A stretch of 64,000 bases of DNA from Candidatus Omnitrophota bacterium (GTDB lineage: Bacteria > Omnitrophota > Gorgyraeia > Gygaellales > Profunditerraquicolaceae). Where the stretch lies: NCBI GenBank assembly GCA_041308845.1, contig JBFZAT010000022.1:2701-66700 (forward strand), written 5' to 3'. Shown piece after piece: positions 18,317 through 29,086 of this stretch. The position numbers were made by a program, and so were the translations under genes. Every line of letters starts with the position of its first letter. Within the stretch, counting starts at the first letter, position 1. Under the pieces are notes generated by a model. That model was given only the letters and a program-made list of their open reading frames with translations, made no database searches and was not told where the DNA came from.

Positions 18317-19480
18317 ATGAAGAATATCGCGGTTTTAGGATCCAGTGGTTCGATCGGCCGCAGCACGCTTGAGGTAATAAGAAGCCTACCGCAGCAGTTT
18401 AAGGTGGTGGCTTTAAGCGTTAATTCCGATATTCCGCAGCTAAAACAACAAATTCAAGAGTTCCGGCCGAAGATAGTGTGCGTCAAGAATCCGCAGGATG
18501 CCGTTAAATTAAAAGCGGAATGGGGAAGAAGAATAAAAGTTTTTTGCGGAGCTCAAGGTCTGGAGGAATTAGTTAAAGATAAGTCAATTCAGCAGGTGAT
18601 GGTGGCGATTACCGGTTCAGCTGCTTTGGCCCCTTTAATTAGTGCGATTAAATGCGGTAAAGAAATTGCCCTGGCCAATAAAGAGGCTTTGGTAACCGCT
18701 GGAGTAATACTGATGCGCTTAGCCAAAGAGCATAAAGTTTTAATCCGGCCGGTAGATAGTGAACAATCTGCGATTTGGCAGAGTTTGGGCGCCCAGCCGG
18801 CGGTTAATGTCCGCCGAGTGTATCTGACTGCTTCCGGCGGACCGTTATGGAACCTGGCGCGTAATAAATTTAAGCAGGTGACTTTAGAAACTGTATTACG
18901 CCATCCCCGCTGGAAGATGGGCAAGAAAATTAGCGTCGATTCGGCCACCTTAATGAACAAAGGGCTGGAGTTGTTAGAGGCGATGTTTTTATTTAATTTG
19001 GAGTTCGAGAAAATTAAAATTTTGATTCACCCGGAGGCATTGATTCATTCGATGGTAGAGTTTAATGACGGGGTAACCATGGCTCAACTTTCCGTTACCG
19101 ATATGCGTGTGCCTATTCAGTATGCTTTGACTTATCCTCAGCGCTTGACTAATACTTTACCCGGAGTTGATTTTTACCGTTTAAGTAAACTGCATTTTGC
19201 TAAGCCGGATCTGGGTAAGTTCCCTAGTTTGAACCTGGCTTACCAGGCAGCGCGGGATTTAGGTACTTTGCCGGCGGTTCTTAATGCAGCGAATGAAGCC
19301 AGCGTGGATAATTTTCTGGCCGGAAAGATTAATTTTATAAGTATCTCTAAAATAGTGGAGAAAGTAATGCGGCGCCATACTAGATTAGCCAATCCTACGC
19401 TTAACCAGATTATGCATGCGCACGATTGGGCCCGGCAAGAAGTGGGACGCTTGGCCGCTGCAGGCAGCAGCTTACTTTAA
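18317..19480 (+). CDS. dxr: 1-deoxy-D-xylulose 5-phosphate reductoisomerase
   Basis: The NADPH-binding N-terminus KNIAVLGSSGSIGRSTLEV and LANKEALV are present. The product is 387 aa. Confidence 0.9.
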   Translation: MKNIAVLGSSGSIGRSTLEVIRSLPQQFKVVALSVNSDIPQLKQQIQEFRPKIVCVKNPQDAVKLKAEWGRRIKVFCGAQGLEELVKDKSIQQVMVAITGSAALAPLISAIKCGKEIALANKEALVTAGVILMRLAKEHKVLIRPVDSEQSAIWQSLGAQPAVNVRRVYLTASGGPLWNLARNKFKQVTLETVLRHPRWKMGKKISVDSATLMNKGLELLEAMFLFNLEFEKIKILIHPEALIHSMVEFNDGVTMAQLSVTDMRVPIQYALTYPQRLTNTLPGVDFYRLSKLHFAKPDLGKFPSLNLAYQAARDLGTLPAVLNAANEASVDNFLAGKINFISISKIVEKVMRRHTRLANPTLNQIMHAHDWARQEVGRLAAAGSSLL

Positions 19481-19487
19481 CTAAAAG

Positions 19488-20570
19488 ATGATAGCGATAT
19501 TGATTTTTATTTTAATTCTCAGTTTATTAATCATTGTGCATGAGTTCGGCCATTTTATCGCCGCGCGTAAAAACGGAGTGCGGGTAGAACAGTTTTCTTT
19601 GGGTTTCGGTCCGCTTATTTTAAAAAAGAAAATAGGGGATACCGAGTTTAAGCTGAATCTGATCCCTTTAGGCGGATATGTAAAAATGGCCGGGGACAGT
19701 CAATTAGAATACCAGGGCAAAGAAGATGAATATTTTGCTAAAGCGCCCGGTAAGCGATTCCAGATTATATTTTTCGGTCCATTATTAAATTATATCCTTG
19801 GTTTTATCTTGTTTTGGCTTATTTTTTTTGTAGGTTATCCGACCTTGACTACTAAGGTTGGCGGGTTGGTTGATGGCTATGGCGCTCAAGCCGCTGGTTT
19901 ACAGGTTGGGGATAAAATTATTCAGGTAGATGAGCGTAAAGTTGAAATTTGGGAGGATTTGCAGCAGGCTATTCGGGCAAGAAAAAATAAAGCAGCTGTT
20001 TGGCTCAAAGTTGTACGCGATGATCAGGAACTAAAAATTAATGTTGCGATCAAAGATAAAATATTAGATGACCAGCTGGGCCAGAAGCGGGCTTCTGGAG
20101 TCATCGGCATCTCTCCTTTAGATGAAATTACTGAAGTCCGCTACGGGTTTCTGGAGTCGGCTTATTTCGGGGTTAAGAAAACGCTTAATTTAACGGTGAT
20201 GACTTATGCTGGCATATGGAGGTTAGCTAGCGGTAAAATGTCGATGCGCGATTCAATGACCGGACCCCTGGGGATATTTTTTATTACTTCTAAAGCAGCA
20301 AAATTAGGATTGGTTACGCTGTTGCATTTAGTGGCGGTATTGAGCGTGAGTTTGGCAATTTTTAATCTTTTGCCTTTACCGATTCTAGACGGCGGTCATT
20401 TATTTTTATTAGGCTTGGAAAAGTTAAGGAAAAAAGCCTTAAGCGCTAAGACTGAAGGCATAATTAATAATCTGGGATTTTCTCTGATGATTACTCTGGC
20501 CTTACTGGTTACCTATAATGATATCTTAAGGCTTTATGCAGATAAGTTTAGTAAGGTGCTGACTAAATAA
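19488..20570 (+). CDS. rseP: RIP metalloprotease RseP (M50 site-2 protease with PDZ domain)
   Basis: HEFGHF zinc motif at the N-terminus, a PDZ region, and the C-terminal LDG motif (LPLPILDGGH). Confidence 0.85.
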   Translation: MIAILIFILILSLLIIVHEFGHFIAARKNGVRVEQFSLGFGPLILKKKIGDTEFKLNLIPLGGYVKMAGDSQLEYQGKEDEYFAKAPGKRFQIIFFGPLLNYILGFILFWLIFFVGYPTLTTKVGGLVDGYGAQAAGLQVGDKIIQVDERKVEIWEDLQQAIRARKNKAAVWLKVVRDDQELKINVAIKDKILDDQLGQKRASGVIGISPLDEITEVRYGFLESAYFGVKKTLNLTVMTYAGIWRLASGKMSMRDSMTGPLGIFFITSKAAKLGLVTLLHLVAVLSVSLAIFNLLPLPILDGGHLFLLGLEKLRKKALSAKTEGIINNLGFSLMITLALLVTYNDILRLYADKFSKVLTK

Positions 20571-20571
20571 T

Positions 20572-21666
20572 ATGGAAATTACGCGTAGAGTTTCTAAAGT
20601 GATCAAAGTCGGGGATTGTTTAATCGGCGGTAAACATCCGGTGGTTATTCAATCCATGACCAAGACTAAAACTTCGGATATCCAGCTTACTCTAAAACAG
20701 ATCGAAGAATTGCAAAAGGCGGGTTGCCAGATTGTGCGCTTGGCGGTTAAAGACCCGCAAGATGCGAGGGCTTTAGCCAAAATTAAGGCTAAAGCCAGGC
20801 TGCCATTAGTTGCGGATATTCATTTTTCATATCGGCTGGCTATTGCGGCCATTGAAAGTGGCGTAGATAAAATCCGCCTGAATCCCGGTAATCTGGATAA
20901 GCCTGCAGAGATCAGAACAGTTATCGCTGCGTTAAAAGCGGCCAGAATTCCTTTGCGCATCGGGTTAAATAGCGGTTCGGTGAAAGAGACGGGTCCGAGG
21001 AAATCTTCAATGACCGATAAATTGGTAGCGGCTTGTTTGGATTATGTTAGAATAATCGAGAAGCTAAAATTTACTAATATTGTAATTTCGCTGAAAGCCA
21101 ACAATGTTTTAGATACGGTTGAGGCGTATCGTAAGATTGCAAAACTTTGTAGTTATCCTCTGCATCTAGGGGTTACCGCTACCGGCTCTGCTTATAATGG
21201 AATCATTAAATCCAGCGTGGCTTTAGGATCTTTGCTCTTGGAAGGCATCGGTGATACAATCCGGGTTTCACTCACAGATAACCCGGTAGAAGAGGTGAGG
21301 GCGGCCCGTTCTCTCCTGGAGTCATTAAATTTACGTAGCCGGGCAGTGCAAGTGATCAGCTGCCCTACTTGTGGCCGCTGCGCATTAGATTTGATTAGCA
21401 TTGTTAAAAACCTAGAGGCTAAATTAGCCGTTCAAGATTATCCTCCGGCCGCCCGGCCATTAAAAGTAGCGGTGATGGGTTGTCTGGTAAATGGCCCAGG
21501 TGAGGCTAAAGAAGCGGATTTGGGAGTGGCTTTTGGCAGTAACAAAGGCTTGCTTTTTGCTCGAGGTAAAATAGTGAAAAAAGTATCCATAAATAATTGT
21601 GTTTCGGTTCTATTAGCAGAGTTAAAATTAAGGAGAGAGCATGGCTCAGCCGACGTTAAAAAATAG
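20572..21666 (+). CDS. ispG: 4-hydroxy-3-methylbut-2-en-1-yl diphosphate synthase (GcpE)
   Basis: TIM-barrel N-domain, then the C-terminal Cys cluster CPTCGRC ... GCLVNGPGE. Confidence 0.9.
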   Translation: MEITRRVSKVIKVGDCLIGGKHPVVIQSMTKTKTSDIQLTLKQIEELQKAGCQIVRLAVKDPQDARALAKIKAKARLPLVADIHFSYRLAIAAIESGVDKIRLNPGNLDKPAEIRTVIAALKAARIPLRIGLNSGSVKETGPRKSSMTDKLVAACLDYVRIIEKLKFTNIVISLKANNVLDTVEAYRKIAKLCSYPLHLGVTATGSAYNGIIKSSVALGSLLLEGIGDTIRVSLTDNPVEEVRAARSLLESLNLRSRAVQVISCPTCGRCALDLISIVKNLEAKLAVQDYPPAARPLKVAVMGCLVNGPGEAKEADLGVAFGSNKGLLFARGKIVKKVSINNCVSVLLAELKLRREHGSADVKK

Positions 21667-22903
21667 GGTGCGCGAGGATTTTCTCGCCAGATACAGTAGT
21701 ATTTTGTTTAAAAGTGCCGGGAATAAGGCTGAAGTGGCAGAGGTGGTGAGGAATATTTTAGAAGGTATTTTAAGCCAGCCACGTAATCCGCTTAAGGAGC
21801 ATGAGCGGGAGAATATTATTAACGAACTAGTCGATGAATTTGCCGGTTTTGGTCCGATCGAGAAATTAATGATGGATCCGGATGTTACGGAAATCATGAT
21901 TAACGGCACGCATAATGTTTATGTTGAAAAGCACGGGAAGAAACAGTTGACTGGAATGAAGTTTGATAGTGACCAGCAGCTAATGTATGTTATCCAGAAA
22001 ATTTTATCTCCGACCCGGAGAAGGGTGGATGAGTCGGTTCCTTATACGGATATTTGCCTACCGGACGGCTCGCGGGTTAATATCATCATTCCGCCTTTAG
22101 CTTTAGACGGTCCGACGATCACCATCCGTAAATTCCTGAAAAAGATCGTTAGTGCCGAGGATTTGATTAATTTAGGCACCTGTGACCGCAGGATGGCGGA
22201 TTTTTTAATTGCTTGTATTAAAGGTAAGGCAAATATTATATTTGCCGGTGCTACCGGAAGCGGTAAAACGACTACCGTCGGAGTGCTCTCTAGCTATATC
22301 GGTAATGATGAACGTACGATTACTATTGAAGATACGGCGGAGTTACATCTGGCCCAGGACCATGTGGTGAGGCTGGAAACCAAGCCTCCGAATATCGAAG
22401 GTAAAGGGGAAATTACGATTCGTGACCTCTTTCGTAATACCCTGCGTATGCGTCCTCAGAGGATTATTCTCGGTGAAATAAGAAGTGCGGAAGCTTTAGA
22501 TATGCTTCAGGCTATGTGCTCTGGCCATAGCGGCGCGCTCTCGGTTATTCACGCCGATACCCCCCGGGATGTTCTGCATCGGCTAGAAACGATGATCCTG
22601 ATGTCCGGGATTCCGATCAGTTTAGAGGCGATTCACCGGCAGATTGTTTCATCGTTGCATTTAATTATTCAGCAGGATCAGTTGGCTGATGGGGGGCGTA
22701 AAATTACCCGCATTTCACAGGTGAACGGTTTAAAAGACGGTTGGACGAATCTAGAAGATATTTTTTATTATGATATTGAACACGTTGATAAAGAGGGAAA
22801 AGTGCACGGGCGTTTTAAAGCTACCGGAGTAGTACCGGTATTTTTCCCGATTTTTGGCAGAAGAGGGGTAGCTTTATCTAAAGAACTTTTTAATAAGGAT
22901 TGA
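21641..22903 (+). CDS. CpaF/TadA-family type II/IV secretion-system ATPase (orphan)
   Basis: Walker [11 protein letters not shown], the Asp box, Walker B, and a His box region typical of CpaF/VirB11-type hexameric ATPases. AGGAGAGAG ribosome-binding site. No pilin, TadB/C or secretin genes are nearby. Confidence 0.75.
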   Translation: MAQPTLKNRVREDFLARYSSILFKSAGNKAEVAEVVRNILEGILSQPRNPLKEHERENIINELVDEFAGFGPIEKLMMDPDVTEIMINGTHNVYVEKHGKKQLTGMKFDSDQQLMYVIQKILSPTRRRVDESVPYTDICLPDGSRVNIIIPPLALDGPTITIRKFLKKIVSAEDLINLGTCDRRMADFLIACIKGKANIIFAGATGSGKTTTVGVLSSYIGNDERTITIEDTAELHLAQDHVVRLETKPPNIEGKGEITIRDLFRNTLRMRPQRIILGEIRSAEALDMLQAMCSGHSGALSVIHADTPRDVLHRLETMILMSGIPISLEAIHRQIVSSLHLIIQQDQLADGGRKITRISQVNGLKDGWTNLEDIFYYDIEHVDKEGKVHGRFKATGVVPVFFPIFGRRGVALSKELFNKD

Positions 22904-22904
22904 T

Positions 22905-24152
22905 ATGTATTGGTCTAGAGTATTTATTCCTACATTGAAAGAAACGCCCAAGGAGGCCGAATCTATAAGCCACCAATTGTTATTGCGTGCCGGCTTTGTG
23001 CGCATGTTAATGGCCGGAGCTTATACCTATTTGCCGCTGGGTTTAAAAGTTTTAGAAAGAATTCAGAAAATAATTCGAGAAGAGATGGCGGCTTGCGGGG
23101 CTAGTGAGCTGCTCTTGCCGGCTTTACATCCTTTGGAGCTCTGGCAGAAAACCGGCCGGGATAAAGATTTAGGGCAGGTGATGTTCAAATTCCAAGACCG
23201 TCGCGGCAGAGATTTGGCATTGGGGCCCACGCATGAAGAGGTGATTACAGAATTATTGAAGAATAATCTTTCTAGTTATAGGCAATTACCGTTGGTTTTA
23301 TATCAGATTCAAACAAAGTTTCGTGATGAGATCCGGCCGCGCTTCGGTTTAATCCGCGGCTGCGAATTTATTATGAAAGACGCTTATAGTTTTGATCAGG
23401 ATGAAGCCGGTCTGGATAAGAATTATCAATTAATGTATAAGGCTTATCAGCGGATATTCGCCCGGTGCGGATTAACAACTTTGATTACCGAGGCCGACAG
23501 CGGAGTAATGGGGGGTAAGGTTTCGCATGAGTTTATGGTTCAGGCGCCTTTGGGTGAAGATATTGTTTTACTTTGTCCTCAGTGTAAAACCGCCAAGGCT
23601 TACCAGGATGAGCTTTGTCTTTGTCCAGACTGTAAAGCAGAAATGAATAAAATCAATACTATTGAGGTTGGGCATATTTTTAAGTTGGGCACAAAATACA
23701 GCCAGGCGATGCAAGCTAATTTTTCGGATAATGCCGGAAGATTACTGCCTTTGGTGATGGGCTGTTACGGTATTGGGGTATCACGTCTGATTTCAGCGAT
23801 TATCGAGCAAAATAACGATGCTCAAGGAATTATTTGGCCGGTTGAGGTTGCTCCTTTCGGGGTAACCATTTTGCCTTTAGATGTTACTAGCCGCGAACTT
23901 ATGCAGGCAGCCGAAAAATTATACCAAAAGCTTAAATCTTGCGGCTTAGAAGTGCTTTTAGATGACCGTGATGAGCGGGCGGGGGTTAAGTTTAAAGATG
24001 CGGATTTAATCGGCGTGCCTTTCAGCATCGTGATGGGTAAAAAAAGTATTACAGAAAAAAATATAGAATTAAGGATACGTAAAGATAAAAGCACACAACT
24101 TATACCTGAAGAGAACGCGGCTAAATTTATTTCTGGTTTATTGGGGAATTAA
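22905..24152 (+). CDS. proS: prolyl-tRNA synthetase, short form lacking the INS editing domain
   Basis: The class II motifs and the proline-specific N-terminus MYWSRVFIPTLKE...HQLLLRAGF are present, with a C-terminal anticodon-binding domain. The product is only 415 aa, and a CPQC..CLCPDC Cys cluster sits where INS is inserted in long ProRS. Confidence 0.85.
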   Translation: MYWSRVFIPTLKETPKEAESISHQLLLRAGFVRMLMAGAYTYLPLGLKVLERIQKIIREEMAACGASELLLPALHPLELWQKTGRDKDLGQVMFKFQDRRGRDLALGPTHEEVITELLKNNLSSYRQLPLVLYQIQTKFRDEIRPRFGLIRGCEFIMKDAYSFDQDEAGLDKNYQLMYKAYQRIFARCGLTTLITEADSGVMGGKVSHEFMVQAPLGEDIVLLCPQCKTAKAYQDELCLCPDCKAEMNKINTIEVGHIFKLGTKYSQAMQANFSDNAGRLLPLVMGCYGIGVSRLISAIIEQNNDAQGIIWPVEVAPFGVTILPLDVTSRELMQAAEKLYQKLKSCGLEVLLDDRDERAGVKFKDADLIGVPFSIVMGKKSITEKNIELRIRKDKSTQLIPEENAAKFISGLLGN

Positions 24153-24156
24153 AAGC

Positions 24157-24615
24157 GTGGCTGAAAATATTTTAATTAATGCCGTAGGCGATCTAATCCG
24201 GGTTAATTTAGAGGGCCAGGGACTGGAGTTAGTAGATTTTATCTGTCGGATTCAAGGGCAAAAATTAATCCTGACCGTGCTGGCGGATAAGCCCTCAGGC
24301 GGAATATCTTTGTCAGAGTGCGCCCAAGTTTGCCGTCAATTAAATAACCTTTTGGAAGAAAAAAAATTAATGGAAAGGGATTATACCTTAGAGGTGGCTT
24401 CTCCGGGGCTGGATAGAGCGCTTAAATCCGAAAAAGATTTTTTACGTGTGTTGAATAAAGAAGTGATTTTTTTCCTTAAAGATTTAGTTAGCGGTAAATG
24501 CCAGTGGCAAGGAGTAGTGCGTCAGGTGCAAGCGCAGGTGGTGTTTATCCAGGTTGGCCAACAAAGCCTGGAAATTCCGATATCCAAAATAAGTAAAGCA
24601 CAATTAGTAATATAA
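24157..24615 (+). CDS. rimP: ribosome maturation factor RimP
   Basis: A 152-aa product with a GTG start lies directly upstream of nusA, the conserved rimP-nusA-infB order, and has a RimP-like N-domain. Confidence 0.75.
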   Translation: MAENILINAVGDLIRVNLEGQGLELVDFICRIQGQKLILTVLADKPSGGISLSECAQVCRQLNNLLEEKKLMERDYTLEVASPGLDRALKSEKDFLRVLNKEVIFFLKDLVSGKCQWQGVVRQVQAQVVFIQVGQQSLEIPISKISKAQLVI

Positions 24616-24636
24616 TAATAACCGGAGAGTAAAAAA

Positions 24637-25932
24637 ATGAGTCAGGAGCTTTTAGCGATTATCGAACAGATCGAAAGAGAAAAAGGAATTAAAAAAGAAA
24701 TTATGCTGGAGGCGGTAGAAAGCGCAATGTTGAGCGCCGCTAAAAGGGTGATAGATTTAAAGCCGGATGAAGAATTCAAGGTTCAAATTGACCGCTCAAC
24801 CGGAGAGATCCGCGCGTTTCGCAATAATGATTTAGTCACTAATATTGATTTTGGGCGCATCGCTGCTTCTACTGCCCGGCAGGTGATTATTCAGAAAATG
24901 CGGGAAGCGGAAAAAGATGTGGTTTTTGTAGAGTTTCAGAGCCGGGTGGGTGAGATTGTCAGCGGAACGGTTTACCGTTTCGAAAAGGGTAATGTTATTG
25001 TGGATTTATTAGGTAAAGCCGAAGGGGTTTTGCTTAAACGCGAACAGTCACCCAAAGAAGAATTTAAACAGGGGCAGCGTATTCGCGCCTATGTGGTAGA
25101 GGTTAAAAAAGATGTGAAAGGCCCGCAGATTATATTATCGCGCGCCCATCCGAATTTAGTTAAAGAATTGTTCGAGCTGGAGGTGCCGGAAATTTATGAG
25201 GGAATCGTGGAGATCCGGGGGATCTCACGGCAAGCCGGAGAACGTACTAAAATTGCGGTTTATTCTAAAAATGACAAGGTCGATGCCGTAGGGGCTTGCG
25301 TCGGGATGCGGGGTAACCGGGTAAGGAACATTGTCAATGAGTTGCAAGGTGAAAAAATCGATATTGTGCGTTTTAATGATGATGTGCGTGAATATATTAA
25401 AGCCGCATTATCTCCGGCGAAAGTTTCCGAAATTAAATTAGATCGGGATACGATGAAGGCGGGGGTCATCGTGGATGATGATCAACTTTCTTTGAGCATC
25501 GGCAAACACGGCCAGAATGTACGATTAGCTTCGCGACTGGTAGGTTGGGAATTAGATATCCGTACCAAGAGTATGATTGCCGCTGAAGCTCTCGGCGGTA
25601 AAGAGCAGGCAGTTGAAGCCAAGCAGGAGGAAACTGCTGATGTTGGTTCTTCTGTGGTTAAAGTCAAGAAGACTAAAAAAACAGCTAAAAAAGAGACCAA
25701 GGCCGCGGTGAAAAAAGGAGTAAAGAAAGAAAACAAAAGAATAACGGAACCCGCTGTTTCTTTGGGAGAGATCTTAGGAGTAGGGGAAAAGGTTGCTGAA
25801 AGCTTAGCTGAGGCGGGAGTAAAGAGCCTGGGTGATATAATTAAGCTTGAACTGCAGGGATTGATTAAGATCAAAGGAATCGGAGAGAAAAAAGCGCAAA
25901 AGATTATTGCGGAGGCCAAAAAGCGGTCATAA
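24637..25932 (+). CDS. nusA: transcription termination/antitermination factor NusA
   Basis: An N-terminal domain, an S1 domain and two KH domains (GMRGNRVRNI, GKHGQNVRLAS) are followed by a Lys-rich linker and a C-terminal HhH. Confidence 0.9.
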   Translation: MSQELLAIIEQIEREKGIKKEIMLEAVESAMLSAAKRVIDLKPDEEFKVQIDRSTGEIRAFRNNDLVTNIDFGRIAASTARQVIIQKMREAEKDVVFVEFQSRVGEIVSGTVYRFEKGNVIVDLLGKAEGVLLKREQSPKEEFKQGQRIRAYVVEVKKDVKGPQIILSRAHPNLVKELFELEVPEIYEGIVEIRGISRQAGERTKIAVYSKNDKVDAVGACVGMRGNRVRNIVNELQGEKIDIVRFNDDVREYIKAALSPAKVSEIKLDRDTMKAGVIVDDDQLSLSIGKHGQNVRLASRLVGWELDIRTKSMIAAEALGGKEQAVEAKQEETADVGSSVVKVKKTKKTAKKETKAAVKKGVKKENKRITEPAVSLGEILGVGEKVAESLAEAGVKSLGDIIKLELQGLIKIKGIGEKKAQKIIAEAKKRS

Positions 25933-25979
25933 TTTTTTAATATCAAGCCCTGCGTTTAGGCAGGCAGAAAAGAGAAAAT

Positions 25980-28109
25980 ATGCCAAAAACGAAAAAAATA
26001 AAAACCGAAGTGAAAAAAATAGTTAAGCCTAAACCCAAAGCAGAGATAAAAACTAAGAAGCCGGCGGCTAAAGCTAAGCTAGTGGTTAAATCACCGAAGC
26101 CGAAAATATCCGTAAAAAAGGCCAAAGAAAAAACAAAATCCGGATTAAAACCCGCGATTAAACCGGCCTTGATTACTCCGGAGATAAAACCCGAAGTTAA
26201 AATTAAAGTTGAGGTTAAGCCGGTAATTAGCCCTGAGCTCAAGCCCGAGATTAAAACTCGGCTTCCGGATGTGGCCAAGCCTGTACATAAACCTGAAATT
26301 AAAGTTGAAGTTAAGGCAGAGCCTGAGATAAGAGCGCAGGCTAGTTTGGCCTGGGAAAAAGAAATCGAGCTGGAATTGCCAATCACCGTCAAAGATTTAG
26401 CCGTAAAATTACAAGAAAAGTCTTCGGTTTTGATTAAACATCTTATGGGGATGGGGGTGATGATTGGGATTAATCAGCCTCTGGATGAGGGGATCTTAAA
26501 TAAACTATGCTTAAAATATAAATTTGGTGTCAAAAAAGCCCTGAATGCCGAAGAGCAGGCCCTTTTAAATCATAAAAAAGTAGACCGTCCAGAAGAGCTC
26601 AAAAATCGCTCACCGATCGTAACTTTTATGGGGCATGTTGATCACGGTAAAACTTCACTGTTAGATGCTATTCGTAAAACTAAGGTTACCGAAATGGAGC
26701 ATGGCGGAATCACTCAACATATTGGAGCTTACCGGGTCAGTCTTCCGCAAGGAGAGATTACTTTTCTGGACACTCCTGGTCATGAAGCATTTACGGCGAT
26801 GCGCGCCCGCGGTGCGCGGATTACCGATATTGTAGTGTTAGTCGTAGCCGCTGATGATGGAATTATGCCGCAAACTCAAGAAGCGCTTGATCATGCGCGG
26901 GCCGCGCAGGTAGCGATTATTGTGGCAATTAACAAAATTGATAAAGCTCAGGCAAATCTAGACATGGTTAAGAAGCAGTTAGCTAGCGCCGGATTAAATC
27001 CTGAAGATTGGGGAGGCAAAACGATTACGGTTCCGGTTTCTGCTAAGACCGGAGCTGGAATCGATAATTTATTGGAAATGATTTTGCTGCAAGCCGAAAT
27101 GATGGAGCTTAAGGCTAATCCTAATCGTTTAGCCAGCGGAGTGGTTTTGGAAGCCAGAATGGCAAAGGGGCGAGGTCCGGTAGCTACTCTACTGGTCCAA
27201 AACGGTACGCTGCATCTTAACCAAAACATAATCGTCGGGAATCTATACGGAAAGATCCGGGCGATGCTTAATGATCGGGCTCAGGGAGTAACCGCTGTCG
27301 GTCCGGCCACTCCGGTTGAGATTCTGGGGATTAGCGGGATTCCCGGAGTCGGGGAGCAATTTTTTGTTATTGAAGATGAAAAACAGGCCAAGAGCTTAAT
27401 CCAGTCGCGCGTGGAAAAGGAAAAATTGCAGCAGATCAAAGAGGTAAAGCGGATTAGCTTAGAAGAACTGCACGCCCAGATTGCTGCCGGTAAGATCAAA
27501 GAATTAAATTTGATTATTAAGGCTGATGTCCAGGGGTCACTAGAAGCGATTAAAGATACTTTGGATAAGCTGAATGTTTCCGAGATTAAAATTAATATTA
27601 TGCATATGGGTGCAGGGAATATTAATACCTCGGATGTTATTTTAGCTGTAGCTTCGGATGCGTTACTATTAGGGTTTAATGTTTCTGCCGATGAACCGGC
27701 TAAGGAATTAATTGCTAAAGAAGGCCTGGAAGTAAAAATATACAATATTATTTATGAGCTGGCTAATGATATCAAGGCGGCAGTGGAGGGGATGTTAGAT
27801 CCAAAATTGAAGAAAGTATTTGTCGGACGAGCCGAGGTTAGAAAAATGTTTAAGCTCACTCGTTCAGGATTAATTGCCGGATGTATTGTGACTAAAGGCA
27901 AGATTCAGCGTAATTGCCTGGTTACGGTTTTACGTAATGGGGCAGTCGCTTTTGAAGGGAAAATAGCCAGCTTAAAAAGGTTTAAAGATGATGTGCGCGA
28001 TGTCGCTGAAGGTTTTGAGTGTGGTATTGCCATCGGTGGATTTGATCAATTGTTGGAAGGCGATATTATTGAAGCCTATGATATAGAGAAAATTGCTCGC
28101 AGACTATGA
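25980..28109 (+). CDS. infB: translation initiation factor IF-2
   Basis: A Lys/Pro/Glu-rich repetitive N-terminus is followed by the GTPase G-domain ([24 protein letters not shown]) and the C-terminal domains. Confidence 0.95.
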   Translation: MPKTKKIKTEVKKIVKPKPKAEIKTKKPAAKAKLVVKSPKPKISVKKAKEKTKSGLKPAIKPALITPEIKPEVKIKVEVKPVISPELKPEIKTRLPDVAKPVHKPEIKVEVKAEPEIRAQASLAWEKEIELELPITVKDLAVKLQEKSSVLIKHLMGMGVMIGINQPLDEGILNKLCLKYKFGVKKALNAEEQALLNHKKVDRPEELKNRSPIVTFMGHVDHGKTSLLDAIRKTKVTEMEHGGITQHIGAYRVSLPQGEITFLDTPGHEAFTAMRARGARITDIVVLVVAADDGIMPQTQEALDHARAAQVAIIVAINKIDKAQANLDMVKKQLASAGLNPEDWGGKTITVPVSAKTGAGIDNLLEMILLQAEMMELKANPNRLASGVVLEARMAKGRGPVATLLVQNGTLHLNQNIIVGNLYGKIRAMLNDRAQGVTAVGPATPVEILGISGIPGVGEQFFVIEDEKQAKSLIQSRVEKEKLQQIKEVKRISLEELHAQIAAGKIKELNLIIKADVQGSLEAIKDTLDKLNVSEIKINIMHMGAGNINTSDVILAVASDALLLGFNVSADEPAKELIAKEGLEVKIYNIIYELANDIKAAVEGMLDPKLKKVFVGRAEVRKMFKLTRSGLIAGCIVTKGKIQRNCLVTVLRNGAVAFEGKIASLKRFKDDVRDVAEGFECGIAIGGFDQLLEGDIIEAYDIEKIARRL

Positions 28110-29086
28110 AAAAGAGAATATTGAGCGGGATGCGCCCCACCGGTAAATTACATCTTGGCCATTTAGCCGGCGCTTTAACTAATTGGGTTAAGCTGCAAGA
28201 CCAATATAGCTGTTTTTTTATGATTGCCGATTGGCATGCCCTGATGTCTGAATACGAAAATCCCGCAGAACTCAAAGCCAACATGTTGGATAATCTTGTG
28301 GACTGGTTGGCTTCTGGGGTGGATCCTGAGAAATCCACTATTTTTATTCAATCTCAGGTGCCAGAACATCTGGAGCTTTATTTTATTCTTTCCTTGATTA
28401 CTCCTCTAGGTTTACTCGAGCGTTGTCCTACCTATAAAGAACAGTTGCGCCAGGTAGCCAACCGTGATTTAAGCACTTATGCTTTTTTAGGTTATCCGGT
28501 TTTACAGGCCGCGGATATTCTGCTCTATAAGGCAGATTGTGTTCCGGTAGGAGAGGATCAGCTACCGCATTTAGAACTTAGCCGGCAGATTGTACGCAAG
28601 TTTAATCATCTTTACCAAACAGCTTGTTTTAACCCTCCGCAAGCTTTGCTTACTCAGACTACCCGTCTTTTAGGCTTAGATGGCCGCAAGATGAGCAAAA
28701 GTTATAATAATTATATTGCGCTTTCTGATTCACCGGAATCAATCCGTAAAAAAGTTCAGGGGATGTTTACCGACCCTCAGCGGATTCGGGTTAGCGACCG
28801 TGGGCATCCGGATAAATGCAGCGTTTTTTCCTATTATGCGGCTTTTGCTCCAGAGTTAAAAGACCAGATTCACCAGCGTTGCGGCCAAGCTTTACTGGGT
28901 TGTACGGAATGTAAGAAGGAATTATCTGTTTTACTGGTTGATCTATTAGCTCCGATTCAGAAAAAAAGACAAGCTTTGCAGGGGGATGAATCTTTTCTAC
29001 AAAAAATCCTCTCTGCGGGTTGCCATAAGGCGTCTTTATCGGCTAAACAGACTATGGCTGAAGTTAGAAGATTGTTGAAAATATGA
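28106..29086 (+). CDS. trpS: tryptophanyl-tRNA synthetase
   Basis: The class I HIGH-type motif GKLHLGHL and KMSKS are present. The product is 326 aa. Confidence 0.9.
   Translation: MKKRILSGMRPTGKLHLGHLAGALTNWVKLQDQYSCFFMIADWHALMSEYENPAELKANMLDNLVDWLASGVDPEKSTIFIQSQVPEHLELYFILSLITPLGLLERCPTYKEQLRQVANRDLSTYAFLGYPVLQAADILLYKADCVPVGEDQLPHLELSRQIVRKFNHLYQTACFNPPQALLTQTTRLLGLDGRKMSKSYNNYIALSDSPESIRKKVQGMFTDPQRIRVSDRGHPDKCSVFSYYAAFAPELKDQIHQRCGQALLGCTECKKELSVLLVDLLAPIQKKRQALQGDESFLQKILSAGCHKASLSAKQTMAEVRRLLKI

Noticed and set aside
26040-26340. Tandem KPEIK/KPxxK repeats in the DNA
   Set aside because: They encode the Lys/Pro/Glu-rich N-terminal linker of IF-2, in frame within infB. They are not a mobile or CRISPR-type repeat.
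25943-26392. 149-aa minus-strand ORF, plus the similar antisense ORFs at 25482-25946, 27281-27745, 52713-53285, 54226-54630, 15880-16305, 41591-42007, 42389-42778, 58981-59367 and 1278-1679
   Set aside because: Each lies antisense to, or overlaps, a + strand gene with unmistakable family motifs (infB, nusA, trpD, trpC/trpF, GH57, acsB/TPR, CNNM, kdsD). Their translations are low-complexity and Ser/Pro/Leu-rich, typical of antisense frames, and there are no ribosome-binding sites. I treat them as spurious.
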